Shown: positions 1 to 13,200 of the stretch, piece by piece
Layout: each line of letters opens with the position of its first letter
Position numbering within the stretch: the first letter of the stretch is position 1
Assembly (NCBI GenBank): GCA_965655095.1
Contig: OZ296652.1
Span: 66,650,001 to 66,714,000, forward strand
Direction: 5' to 3'
Length of the DNA stretch: 64,000 nucleotides
Origin: Haplodiscus bocki
Taxonomy: Eukaryota
Notes under the pieces: model-generated
Databases searched by the model: none
The model's input: only the letters and a program-made list of their open reading frames with translations
What the model was told of the DNA's origin: nothing
Program-made: the position numbers and the translations under genes

Positions 1-1123
1 TCTTCCTCTTTGATCAAAATCCAAGAACTTTTATGAGTTATGAACAGAGCAGAGAAGTCCACAGAAGCCTGGGATATAACACTTGCTTGCGCAAGTGTAA
101 ACAGGCTAAATTCGAAGAAATATATTACTCAGTATTTACAGTTGTTTTGATTTTTTATGGATTAACTTCTTGGTCTTTGAGAGGCCGTTACACGGCTAAA
201 CCTAAAATTCATCCAAACACACGCGACGCGTTCTTAGCACACCCTACATTGCCAATGATACAAAGAGCTGTAATCACCTTTCCACGATGAGCTGTTTTCA
301 AAATTTACTTTTGTTTAGTTTTGATTATTTTAGCATCGACTGGTACTTTATTTTAGAAGACAGCAACGAAACGCCACAAATTCTTCAGGGAGTCCATGGA
401 GCTACAGACTGCTATTTCTCAACAACGATGTCGGTTGACATACTTGGAGCCACAAATATTTCAGTTGCTGCATCTGTAGATGAAGGATTAGGCTGTTACT
501 CAGCCCTAATATACTCTAATTGCAATCAAATATTTTCTGCAACCAATGCTTACAAGACAGTTCGCATTAGAAACACTACAGTTTTTGCTCTAAACCAAAG
601 TCTGGAGCGCATACAAACAGAATTCTCCACGGGTAAGCTTTGTGATCCAGCGAAAAGACGAACTCCGTATTGGTAAAAAAAATATTGTAACTATGCATAA
701 ATTTTCCAAATACTCAAAAGAACTCAAAACCACAGGTGTTGGTCAAAATAAAAGTTTTAATCACCTAGTATAGAGCGATGTTCAAAATGATCCCGTGGCA
801 TGTGATTTTATCTCCTAAACATTTTGTTGTTTTCTAAATTAGAACTAATCTGACAAGGCACAGAATCGAATCAATTTTAAGCGCTTTGGATAGAATCACG
901 CCGTGCGATTTTTCATTGCATTTTCATATCCTTGTGCATGACCAAGTATATATTCGAAGTTCAGACATTTTGAAAAGTCAGGCTCTGGTGAAGTTGTGCA
1001 TTTTCAGGTTCTCCCGTCACTTTAGAAGCATCTCGCTCACACCGGTCAGAAAACTACCTGCAAATCGCGAATACATTAGTTCAGACTGTTGAAAAAACAC
1101 AAGAAACGAACCCTGCTGACAGG

Positions 1124-1708
1124 TTGAATGACCTCGACTTTGATTTTTCTGTCTACATTTGCACACTATTTCGCCTGGAATCACAGAAACTTCCACTCAG
1201 CAGTTCTTCAGTTTATTACATAACTTCATTCGACAACTTTTGCGCCACTTTCGCAAAGAAAGTTACATCTTTCGCTATTTATGCTTTAGACACAGATTCT
1301 ATGACATTGCCACCTACAGTGAACAATATTCTAATAATGACGACTCATACTGATAATGAATTTATAGAATGTGATTCCACATGGGAACCCTGCATTGCAT
1401 ACCAAAATGCAACTGAAGTAAAGACGAAAACAGTTGAGTTTGAGTTACCGCGAAAAGATATTTGGGTTCCGCAACTAGAACTGGTTCAGATGTCTTTTGA
1501 TCAAATCGTGTTGAATTCAAGAGGCTACGTCACGTTTTTGTTGAAAATATTCAGTCAAACAAAAGTACCAGCATACGCAGCAATAACATGTCCAGGGAGA
1601 AACCAGCTAGAAACAGTTAGATCTTATGTTTTACCCATTTTAGAACGTATTCTTGCCCTGAAAACTGACAAATTAACGGACGATTTGAAATCAATACTTC
1701 CAGCTTGA
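1124..1708 (+). pseudogene. Possible degenerate Cys-loop ligand-gated ion channel extracellular-domain fragment
   Basis: ELPRKDIWVPQLEL...IVLNSRGYV resembles the 'lp...IWxPDi.l...v.v..dG.V' LBD segment; no intact Cys-loop or TM domain seen. Confidence 0.3.
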
Positions 1709-3343
1709 AAAGATTCCAAGATAATTTTCTCTGATGGTGAATAACTATTTATAACGCAGTATTACTCTTTTCCAATTGGCGCTGTCAACTCTAAAAAGCT
1801 GGGCACGTCCTGTCTCAAGTTTGCGCCCCCATAAGGCCCAAAATATCCATCGGCATGCCCTGATAAAAAGATTATTTCGCTTTTCTTGCTAGTAGCGCCG
1901 ACTAGAAGTAAGGCTAGATGGTGATATGCAGGATTAAAATTAGCTAAACCCATCTTTTGTAATATTGGTCCAAAAATTTTCCAATAAAAACCATTGCAAT
2001 CTGCATCAAATAGAAAAACTTTTGCTCTAGCTACTTTTCTCAAAGAATGCTTGGGTAGAAGAATTGAATCTGACCTAATCATATTTCGTGAAAGAGTCCG
2101 AATCGTTTGATAGTGCTGAGCGTAAACTTTGAACATGAACAATTTGGGAACTGAACACTTTCGACAAAACTAGGTCAACAGAAAATTCCTGGAAGTCTGC
2201 ATAATTGAATGTTTCAAAAAGTTACTACAAGCACCACTGAGTTTATGGTTTTCAAAGGTGTCTTATCTCTCAGTGCCAAAAAAAGTTTCGTAGGGGGATC
2301 TTTTTTCTCAAAATTATTTGGTAGAATAAAATTTGTCGATTTTTTTTTCGTTTCACAGACTCGGAAAGCATCAGAGTGACCCTTCGGTCTTTCGACAATT
2401 TGTTCGTTTTTCTCTACTGGTAAGTGGTATACGGCATTTTTCTATGACAACACTTTTGGATCTGCACTGAGTATCGACTCATTTTCGTCCACTGCGCAGT
2501 GAAAAAAAAGTAGGCCTCAATTCTGGCGCTGAAAAGCGGCCTCCTAAAATGCTAATCTCGTCAGATATCCCAGAAGCCAGGTAATATTACGCTGTTGCAA
2601 GGGACACAATACTTTTCGAGCCCATTTCTGAAAAACTATTCCAAATATTTTTTTTCTGGATTTGGAAATAAAGTGAGTATAATGTAGGAAGAAAACGACC
2701 ATCTGTACTATTCAACAAATTTTCCAAGTACCGAATCAACAGTGAATGGTAGGAATCCGATCAATACTTACCCAGTAAACAGTGCACAAAAACTTTTTGA
2801 ATTCCGAAAGTATGGTATAAATTTTGCTGATAAAAAGAAAACAAGAGTTCTTGCCATTCAGATGTTTCAGCACTCAAGTAGTAGAATTAGCATTAACTTG
2901 ATGAAACGCGATCAAAACAAGAAACCAAGTGTAATTTTTTGATGAAAGAAATATATATATTTTTTCAAATGATCATTAAAAACTCCCTAAGACTGATATT
3001 TGAACCCGCAGTTACTGTTTCTCCGACTCACTCCCTCAAAGTTCGCCTCGAAATTGTTTTTACAATTGGAGGCAAACGGAACCCATACATGGCGAGTCCA
3101 GAAGCTTGCACTGCGATCTTAATGAAACCACTGTAAGGCTATGTTTTGGTTGAGTTTGATAGAGACTAAATGTAGAACTCTAAATGAATTGAATTTCAGA
3201 TTGGAGCTTTTCAGAGGGGCGATAAGCAGTACTGCGAACTGTCCGAAGTAACCAATCAGAATTCAGCAAATCTTTTCGCAAAGCTAACAGAAGAGTTCAC
3301 GAAATGTCTCAAGCCTTTCTCTGAGGGTTCATACGAGCTCATT

Positions 3344-3598
3344 TTGTACAACAGCGAACTTAGATGGCGCAAAGAGTTTTATGTGTTGCATGTACATACC
3401 ATGAAAGATCCCAAGGCCGAAGTTGTCAAAAACTTCAAATTGAAACCGGCAGAAATGGTCACAAGTACAAAAATGGACGCTTTCTGTTCTTGCTTGATGG
3501 GTAAAAGCACCAGGTCTAACTCAATTAGAACTTTTGAATGCTTGGGTTCGCTTGGAACTCCCTTAAAACATAATATTATTGCTATCTGCAATAACTAA
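3344..3598 (+). mobile_element. Possible Ty1/copia GAG-pre-integrase relic
   Basis: FCSCLMGKSTRS resembles the C-x2-C-x2-GK-x2-R pre-integrase motif; nothing else intact. Confidence 0.25.
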
Positions 3599-4107
3599 TT
3601 TCTGATAACAAAATATTGATCACTTCTGCATTACAAAGAGATGATGAAATGAAGTTCATTCAACTCCCAAGTATTTCATATTTTTACAAGTGTTGCAATT
3701 TTCAAGATATAATATGAGGAAACAACAAGCATCATTGAAGTCCTTAAGACAGTGTTTATTTAATTATTTTAACTTAAATTCGAACTTTTTACTTGAGAGC
3801 TCCTCAAAAGGTTACTGGGATGGGGTATCACGAGAACATCTTGAGCATGTTAAAAATTCAGATCCATTTAAGCGTTAGAATTGCACGTCTGAGACCCCTG
3901 TGTAAAAGTAGAGGCCACAACTGCTATAAGGGGCTGTGGATGTCTTGTCGAATTTTGTCCATTTCGGAGGTCTTAAAACAACCTTAATAGTAATCGGGCA
4001 TTTTTTCTTTCCTGAAAAGCGCCGATTAATGAAAACGTGTCTGAAACTAAAAATTAATTTCACAAATGAAAATAGATATGCATTCCTGTATCGACAAAGA
4101 AGGGATA

Positions 4108-4177
4108 ATCAGATAAATTTTCAGTCAATGAGGGTTCAGCTCAGAATTAAACTCGTTGACGTCATCCGCTATCTGAT
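4108..4177 (-). promoter_or_regulatory. SECIS element of GPx gene A
   Basis: Minus strand AUCAGAUAG-CGG-AUGAC-GUCAACGAG-UUUAA-UUCUGAGCUGAACC-CUCAUUGAC-UGAAA-AUUUAUCUGAU: helix I, AUGA/GA core, helix II, apical AA; 30 nt after the stop codon. Confidence 0.93.
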
Positions 4178-4207
4178 GCTCCGAATTGTCGACAAGGGAG
4201 AGGCAAG

Positions 4208-4705
4208 TTACAGCAATTTCTCGATGTCGGGAATTATATCATTTGGTGATGTCTTGGGGCCATATCTTTTGCAACAAATACCATTTCTGTCCACCAGAAA
4301 CTTTGAGAAATTCCACTTGATCGCATTGATCAAAGTTCCACCTTGTTTCTTTTTCAAAAACACGTACAGCGGGTGTGCATTCGACCCATTGACATCAATT
4401 TTGGAGAACATGTCGAAGTTCACATTGTACTGCTTGATGAAGTCTTTGATTTGTTGCTCAGTTCCAGGTTCTTGTTTCCCAAACTGGTTGCATGGGAAAC
4501 CGAGGATTCGCAAACCCCTGTCCCGGTACTTCGCATCCATCGCACTCAATTGTGTGTAATTGAGTGCAGTTAAACCTCATTTAGAGGCAACGTTCACAAT
4601 CAAACACACGAAGCCTTTGTACTTTTCTAACGACACGTCTTGGCCGTCGATGTTCGTGGCACTGAACTTATAAATGGTTTTTGCAGCATCTGTAGTGGTA
4701 GCCAT
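4208..4705 (-). CDS. GPX4: Selenoprotein glutathione peroxidase A (GPx4/PHGPx-like), 165 aa, Sec43, intronless
   Basis: ATG 4703-4705; [43 protein letters not shown](TGA 4577-4579)-GLTALNY...[12 protein letters not shown]...IKWNFSKFL; 498 nt in one frame; SECIS downstream. Confidence 0.95.
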
Positions 4706-7693
4706 GTTAACTCTGTAAGAAGCGACGGAGGATATTTTAAATGATGACAATTTTTGGAAGCTCCCCCCACAGTCTGGACTCCTTTTTGAACTGCTCCCTG
4801 AGAATATGGTCCTGTCGGGGACTACCGCGGCACCCCGAAGAGTACTAGGAATAACCGCCTCGGTAGAAAGACAACTTCGAATTGCACTAAGTGAAAATCT
4901 ACAGCCAAAGCTGACAAACCGAGTTGCGGTTAATTGAGTAGCAATGTTTGAGGTTTATGATCCAATACGAATCTATAAAGAACAAGTTTAATTCTAATAA
5001 ACCTTTCAAATGTATCATAAAATTGAGCTGCAACTTCATTAACAGGAATGATAGGTATGCAGGGTAAATGTAGAAGACATTTGTCGACCAATAATGAAAA
5101 TAAAGTTGACAACTAATGGTGAAGAGGAAAGTTTGAGGGAAGTGTTCAAGAACGTGTTCAAACAACTAACTAAATTCGATGAGCTCCAATTTATTTGAAC
5201 CAGCCCCAAAACGCTATAGTCCGCACTGCCCTCAAATCAAAGAAATTAATCATGAAAATGATTAGTACCTATCTTTCCGAAAAAAATGGCTACTCTGCGG
5301 TTTCTATTAAGAATCAGCCCACTCGTACTGTCGGAGCCTCAAAATTGGCCACCCCCCTGTGATGGATTTTTTGAAGTGTTTGAAAATTTGAACTGTTTTG
5401 TCGTTTTTCGTTCACATAATTGCATTTTGCTTAGTCCACGACTCACGAACAAAAACTAAGCTTTCCCGACCTCAATTGATACGGCAATTAATGGTAGAAA
5501 CCCGAATAAATTCCAAATTTGGGACTAATAAAGCTGATGAGTCTGAAAAAAAGTGGACCCCCTCATTAATAGAACCCTCCACCTAAAGTGTCAGCCATTT
5601 TCAAATAGATCAGCTCATCTAAATATATCCCCGACTCTGAATAGGTACCGCAGATTTTTTGCCTGCAAATTTTCCAAAAGTTTTGTTTCAAAGATAGGGT
5701 ATTAGTGTTTGAAAAGTCTGGTATTCGTTCGTTTGTGTTCAAAACATTGTTTCACCCTCTGCACCGTTAAGAAGAATTGTACTTTTGGCGAAGCTAAACA
5801 GTTCTTTGCTAAATCTAATGACCTTGCAGCGGTTAGTTTGAACTAAAAACTGTCACTATGCTAGCACTAAAGGATAGCACCAACTCAAAAAGTAGATACT
5901 TTCACAATGGCAACAGTCATTACACGCCCTCGGTCTCTTCTTTGATAATTTGATAATCAAAGCACAAGCTTAATTTATCAAATTTCCTCGGAAAGGAAAA
6001 AGGAATCATTTATTAAGGAATATGCCGCTCTCATTAGCTGAAGCATTCGGAATTTCAAAGGTTTTGAGCAAAACCGAAGTTTTCAACAAACGATCGTCAA
6101 AATTTCGCCTGTAAGAACTGCTCGCAGAATTAAATTTCAGATCTTTACCAAGAAAGGATTCTATACGCTTAGATCAAACTTGATATGGACCATCATTAAT
6201 CACTTTCAAACATTTTTGTTGAAAACTAAACCCCATAACCCAATCTCTTTTTTATCATTGAGGCCTTCAAAAGCTAAAACCCAACTAAAATTGCGAGGTG
6301 AAAAAAATAGACTCAAACTAGCTTGAATTATCAGAAGTAAGTTATACGATAAATTATTTTGTTAATTGACAACAAACGTAAAAGTCTTGAACAAATAACT
6401 ATTGGTGACAGAGGTTTCTTTGCATACGATTGGGCACTTTTTAGCTTCAGAAATTGATCCTTACCAAAAAACGTACTTCTCTCCAACAAGCAATATGAAG
6501 CATTCTTTTGATTAAATTTGACAAAAACCTGTCTCAAAGACTTAATTTTGATTTTCAGTTGCTCAATCAAATGTTTCTTAGAGATGCTTTTTCTTTTTTT
6601 TTCGGATGTGAAAAAATTCTCCAAGTATCAATAAGAAAATCGCATTCTTCAAATTGAAGGAGGCATGAAAGAAACTGAAGTTTTTAGAAAAACACAGGCA
6701 TCAAGCGCATGGTGAAAAAATCGGATCGAGCTAATTTCACTATGACAAATATCAAAAAATTTTGAGCACTTAGATTTTCCGGTCAAGGAGTTCAATAACC
6801 AATTAATTCCAGACAATTGAAGCAAAAACTTTTCTGACAAAAAAGATCGACGTACCAAACCTTTTCGAACATTAAAAAAAAACGAAACTTTCCAAAACAC
6901 CAAAAGGGTTGCTCTACCAATACTTTGAGCCCTACGGTCAGGGCCGACTCTGAATATTCTTGACTTATTTGAATTTTGCCGTAATTTGGAACTTTTTCCG
7001 ATGAAATTCCGTTGGTAACTGTTGATAAACAAAACCGGTATACATCATTTCGAAGCTTCAATTCTCCACTGCATTTTTGATTTCAACGTTTTATTCCAAA
7101 AGTGTTACTACAAAACGTCACAGCAAATGATGCGGAAAACTGGAGAAAAGTGGAGTTGACCTGGAAAAATCAAAATGTTTTCACTAACTTCTAAGGAAAT
7201 AGGAGAGTAAAACTGTAAATGGCCAATTTCAGAAAATTGACTTGAAATTTTAAAAACGAACATCAACCGCAAATAAAAATGACAAGCTGCCGAAAAAATT
7301 CAAATCATTTAGTATCACCCACTAACAAGTGAATTGAATTAGTTTGCGCTAAGATCAACAAGCCAATAATGACCAGATTATGGGCCGCCCCGTGAGTCTC
7401 ATATGCATTGAGGGGGGATCCCTTGCTGTTTTGAAGTTTTAGTTTTACCTCAGGCCAAAGGCATGCTGGCAAAAGTGGCGGATATTTGAGGCAAATGTGG
7501 GGGTTCTTACAATTTTTTTCGTGCTTGACTTCCGAAAAACTTGCCGGTAATACATTTTTGAAAATTCCGCTATGTGCAAAGGGGTATCAAGAAACTTTTT
7601 GATATTTGTGTTTTAGGGAAAAAAAGGAAATTGCAAATGGGTAACCACAAAAAGTTTCCGTTTTTGCCTTCCCCAAAAATTCGAATATATACA

Positions 7694-7752
7694 AGTAGTA
7701 TATGTTGCGGGGGGGGGGGGGGTTTGCCGAACTTCATGGCTCCCTAAATTTC
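7694..7752 (+). repeat. Polinton left terminal inverted repeat (core)
   Basis: AGTAGTATATGTTGC(G)14TTTGCCGAACTTCATGGCTCCCTAAATTT matches the reverse complement of 22890-22946; weaker similarity continues about 100 bp inward. Confidence 0.9.
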
Positions 7753-8436
7753 GTTAGTGTTTCATTTCAATTGTCGTTGATATAGTATTACAAATCAAAT
7801 ACTGAGTGAATACTTAACGTTTACATAGCCGCTACATAAGCCATAAAGATAATCTTAGTGATTACAGTTCATATATATTCATTTATACGCTGTCCTACTT
7901 AATACAGTTGAACTATTAAACGGTGCTGTTACCCATATGAGCTGTATACATATTCGGTTAATTTCATTTCACAGCAATGATGCCTGTAGCCTGGTGGTTT
8001 ATTGGACTGGGATTTCATATAATTCGCGAATTCTGGACCAAATGGTTTAGCGCGCTAGTGTTGGCGCGTTTCTAAAGAAAAAATGGAAGGAGTTTCGAAT
8101 TTTTCCGCCCGTTTCATTTTCGCATCCATTGAGTCTTTTATTCGATTTTCAGCTCTGAAACCAAATTGAAATTCAACTTTTGCATTTCAGGCGATTCAAA
8201 CCAACCGAGATCATGAGATACTACTTTTGTTCTCATTAATTTTTGCGCGATCCTGTTCCAGTTCAATCACTTTTCTTTCAAATTTTCGACTAACTTTTGC
8301 TAATTCGATATTATTCGCCCAAAAAAAGACTGTTTTCCTACATAAATTCATTTTCGGTAGTAGTTGAAGTAAAGAGGAGAATATATGTATAGGCCATTAA
8401 CCAACTTCAAAGTTACTTACTCTCATATATCCATCC

Positions 8437-9391
8437 TATTCATCGCTGTCAAGCGCAACTTCTTGGGTTTCTTGTGACACGTTAGTGGCAGTAGAGCTTG
8501 ACGCCACGCTTTCTATCTGTTTAAGCGGCGCCTTTTTCGTAATTCTCTTGGTTTTTGCGGTCGCAGTTGGCCTTCATCCCTTCTTTGCTGGCGGCTTAAA
8601 AACAACGAAAGGCCTCTCTTCATCCTCTTCCTCCTCGTCGCCGCCGCCGATACTTTTCTCATCCACGGCAACCTCTGCTAGTCGTGCCACTCTCGCATCT
8701 ATGTATGCATTGTATTCTCAAATAAGTTTCATCATTTTGCAGTGGTGAAGATGATGACCTGCCCGACTCTCGTACATTGTGACCATTCAACTTCATACTT
8801 GAACGCTTTTAGGGTCACATACACCAACTTCCTGGTATGGCAGTTGCTGTTGACAGACGCTCGAAATTCCGTTCTTTGGCCTAAACATTCAATTCAATCA
8901 ATACTTTGTGAACTAATGATGATGTGTCACTATATTATTCCATTAAATTAGGATGAATGCTATGTCACTTATAGTTACATAAGTCTTTGCTCAGCATTAC
9001 TGGTATTATCTTCAATGTTTTGACTTCGAGTTAGGTTTTGTGGAATTTGATTCATCTCACCTGTCTCGGAGAAGATTGCTGTTGTGAACCGGGATTCATT
9101 CCGAAGACCGACATCATCCTCCGGCCGCGATGGAACCTTCATGTCCTCCGGCACCTCAGACATTCCCAGCATTGAAAAGAAAAGTTTCGTCCAGTTGATG
9201 CGCATCAGATTGGTGAACGCTTTTTGAGGGAATGTACCCTCAGTCCCAATGACTCCCCCGGCTTCACCAAATTCCTTGACTCTCTTCTTCAGTACTTTGA
9301 TGTTCATTCCCCCCGGGTTGGCTTCGTTGCCAATTTCACGAACTGTGACTTTTCGAGATTCGTGAAGAAAAATTGCGAGAACACGGTCCAT
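8437..9391 (-). pseudogene. Polinton accessory gene of unknown function, probably spliced, with acidic/basic C-terminal tail
   Basis: 138-aa ORF 8975-9391, an AT-rich gap ending TGTTTAG near 8880, then a disrupted frame with EEEEDEE and KPPAKK/KTKRITKK stretches. Confidence 0.4.
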
Positions 9392-10249
9392 TTTTGAAAA
9401 TGTAGGCAGTAGAAGGATAGAGCTGATAGATTCTACTAAAAAGATTCAAATCTAGTTCAGTCTAATAATCGTGCTGTAGTATGGCACCTTTTTATATACC
9501 TTCACCCAGACATGCGATTATAACTATTTTGACGTCGGTTTGAACAAAACCAATATTTTTCTTTATCCTCAGGCAGTCCATAATCCCATAATGGAAAAGG
9601 AGACCCGGGTTTTCCCTTGATAGTGTCAAATGGTTGCCCCGTCTGAGACATTTTCTCAGATCTTGTGAACATTTTCGTTGTATATGAAGCATATAACTTT
9701 GATAAGATTGAACTTCGATTTAGGTTCAACTTAGTCGATAGCCACCAAATAGGCTTTAGAGACCCATTTATCTACCAGGAACAGCTGCCATGCTCAGTTA
9801 CTTAAAGTAATAAACTAGCTCTTGATGGGTGAAAAAAAAAGATTTATTTGAAAAAATAGTTCCGAATTGCGAATGTTTTTATTGATTTTTTCACAATCAC
9901 ACGTTTTCACTCATCATTTTCTTCTTTCCCGTGATGTTTGACTGAGGTTTTCGGTAAAATGTTTCCCTGCCCTGACTGCTCATTCTCATCCCCAAACAAA
10001 CGAAAGCTATTTACGCAAATTCGGGAAACTCAGGCGTGAGCCTGCACTATGTACATTCATCTGTGGGCAATGTAATAGTAGTTTCACTGCCTCGAAGGAT
10101 TTCTTACGTCACCTTCATAATGTTCATTAGTTTTCCAAAAATATGCGCTGTAATATATGTCCCAAAATTTATCGAAATGAATCAAGTCTCCAAAATCACA
10201 TTTCGCACCAGCACCCTTCCATTCCTCCAAGAGTGAGAAAAGAAGTCAA

Positions 10250-13200
10250 TTGGGTCTCCGTGCCACAAGTTTCAAAGTTGTTTAAGCCCTTAACTCTCAC
10301 TTCAAAGTTTTGACGCTGCACGTCCAACAAAAGGATGTCGATCCGATGTTTTTTGTCATGAAAAATCGTCCAAATATTGCCGCTCTCATTGAAAGGGAAA
10401 TAACTAACCAAGGCATATCGCCTGTTGGTCTTTGTCTTCAAGTTGAATTGTAAAAACCCTTGGATGCGGATACCGTGTCCCCTCATTGATTTTCACGGCC
10501 AATGCGTGTAGTGGAGTCTATCGATGATGAAGATTTTGATGAACTGGTAGACCAAGTCCTGAGCCAGCTGAACGTTTTCTGCTCCGGTTGTTCAGGTTGG
10601 GTACTTGAAAAGCTTATATGCTTGGACATCAAGATTTGTAAAAGCAAATCGCTTCCTGGTAGTTCTTACCTGCCAACGCCTGCTAAACTTTCCAGCTTAC
10701 GCCGCAGCCTCCTCAATATCAAAAACCTATTCGACAATTTTTGTCTACTGCATCTTGGCTTTTCTGCAACCCTGTAAACAAATACGGGAGAGACCATCCA
10801 TGTTCAAAAGTAAATTCAATCGACTTGTTTTCGAAAAATCTGTCATGCCAATGAAGTTCAGCGATATTGCACAGTTTGAGAATAAAAACCAACTTTCGAT
10901 AACAGTCTTCAATTTTGATGAAAAGGGAAGCCTAAGATGTTGTCATCGAAGTAAAGTAAAAGCCAAAATGCGAAAAGTATTTCTCTTGCTGCTAACAGAC
11001 GGTCTTAACTTTCATTATTGTCTCGTAACAAGTTTTCATGCATACCTTGTGCCGTTCTCCGCGGAAAGCTACGAAAGGTCCCAAAACGAAATTTTGTGTT
11101 ATTTGTGTGCAATCAATTGGGAAAGTTAGGTACAGTGATCATGTCAGACTGTGCGAGGACAATCAGCCATTGAGAATTGTTACGCCCAGCGAAGATCTGA
11201 AATTGAAGTTCAACAATTGGCAAAAGACCCAAAAAAGCCCGTTTGTTGTGTATGCCGAGTTGGAAGCGCTAAACGTTCCAGCAGATAAAAAAAGGGTAAA
11301 AGACTGTTTTTAGTGAAAAACAAAATCCCGCAAGCTACGGTGCTATTCTGGTTGATTGCCGATTAAACTCTGTGGTTGCAGAATCTTTCTATCGTGGCAA
11401 AGACTGCATCAGTAAGCTGATGAATCGGCTTTGAAGGTGGCTTGCGGGGTGTGACTCGCAAAGTCAAAATACAGATATTTGAGTGATGTGCTCAGCGCAT
11501 AACAGCAAAAACAGATCACTGACGCAGCAAACGGAGCAAAATGTTGCATGCGGTGAAGTGGTTCAAGTCTGCCCAGTTGTTCATCACTGTTATTCTTCAG
11601 GAAAAATCATTCGGGTAGCTCACTCGAAATGCAATCTCCAAGGAAGAACTAAACGCTTCCTTCCAGCGTTTTTCCACAATCTTTCGCGGTATGACGCTCA
11701 GCACATTGTAAAGCAACTGATTTTGTTGCCAGACGGGAAACTTTCGGCCATCAGCCGCACAGATGAGGTTTATATCTCCTTCAGCCTTCGCATGAAAGTT
11801 TCACAGTACACGTGCAAAGACGAGAGAGTTGTTTTGTACAGCGAAATCAAGTTTCTGGACAGCTTTCAATTCATATCTCAAAGTCTTGCAGGTTCGGCAG
11901 AGACAATGGCGACTTCTAAACTTCTGTACCTACGGCGAAAAATTTCACATTTGAGCGATGATAATTTTGAAAAAATTCGAGGAAAGGGATACTTCTCTCA
12001 GTTATTTGAATAGTTTTGAGAAGTTTGATGCGCCGTTCCGTGACTATGGAAGTTCTTGGAAAAATCACGTAACGGGGAAAATCGATATTACCGGAGAGCA
12101 ATTTGAACAAGCAAAAGAAATATACGATTTGATGGAGTGCAAAAACTTTGGCGACTATCATCACCTGTATTTGACTCTCAATGTGTATCTTCTCGCAGAT
12201 ATCTTCGATGCTTTTCGCAAAGCTGGCTTGAAGGAGTATCGACTCGATCCCGCTCATTTGTATTCAGTTCCAAATTTCAGCTGGGAAGGAATCCTCATCA
12301 GTACTGAAGTGGAACTCGGACTTTTGACTGATATTGGCATGCTTCTTTTGTGTGAACGACCTATACGTGGCGGCATCAATGGAACCGGTGCCTTGAGACA
12401 CTTGAAAGCTTACAATAAACATATGACAAATTTGGATTCTTCCCAGCCTTCCGTGTGTGGCGCTTTTTTGATGTCACCTCCTTATATGCCTGAACAATGC
12501 AACAACCTCTTCCATTGGGTAATTATAAATGGAGAACAGACTTGACAATCGATGATATTTTGAATACAGACTCCTTTGGTGGTGTGGGTTTCTTTGTCAA
12601 AGTTGACCTGCTGTACCCAATCAGTTGACCCGATTCTCATAACGATTTGCCTTTGGCTCCTGAAAAGTTGAATCTAAAAAGTGAATGGTTGTCAGACTAT
12701 GCTACATCTTTGGGCTACCCGACTTCTGGGGAGGCGAAACTTGTGGAAACACTTTTTGCTAAATTTTTCTACGCTTGCCACTTCAGAAACTTGAAGTTTT
12801 ATGTCGAACAAGGCTTAACAGTAACCAAACTGCATCGCGTTTTACAGTTTGACCAAAGCTGTTGGTTGGGAACATATATTTCAAAAAGTACCGAAATGAG
12901 GAAAAATGCCCAAACTGACTTTGACAAAAACTTTTTCAAACTGCTCTCAGAAGCTTGTTTTAGCAAAACAATGGAGACTCTGAGAAGCCGTAGACAAACC
13001 AACTTTTCGTCTACTCCAATGGAGGCCAAAGTGTGCACAACCAAACCCAATTTTCCAAAGTTCCGAATTATTCATGACAGTGTAGTATCTGTCAACTCAA
13101 CGCAATCATCAACTTTCTAGATTAGGCCCACACCTGTCGGAGCAGCAATTCTAGATTTATCCAAAATAGTTCTCTACGACTTCCATTACAATGAAATGAA

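Noticed and set aside
4208-4549. GPx ORFs as truncated proteins or pseudogenes (also 32936-33295)
   Set aside because: The upstream TGA is at the catalytic site and each gene has a SECIS, so they are Sec codons
3936-4559. 207-aa plus-strand ORF
   Set aside because: Antisense shadow of GPx-A and its 3'UTR
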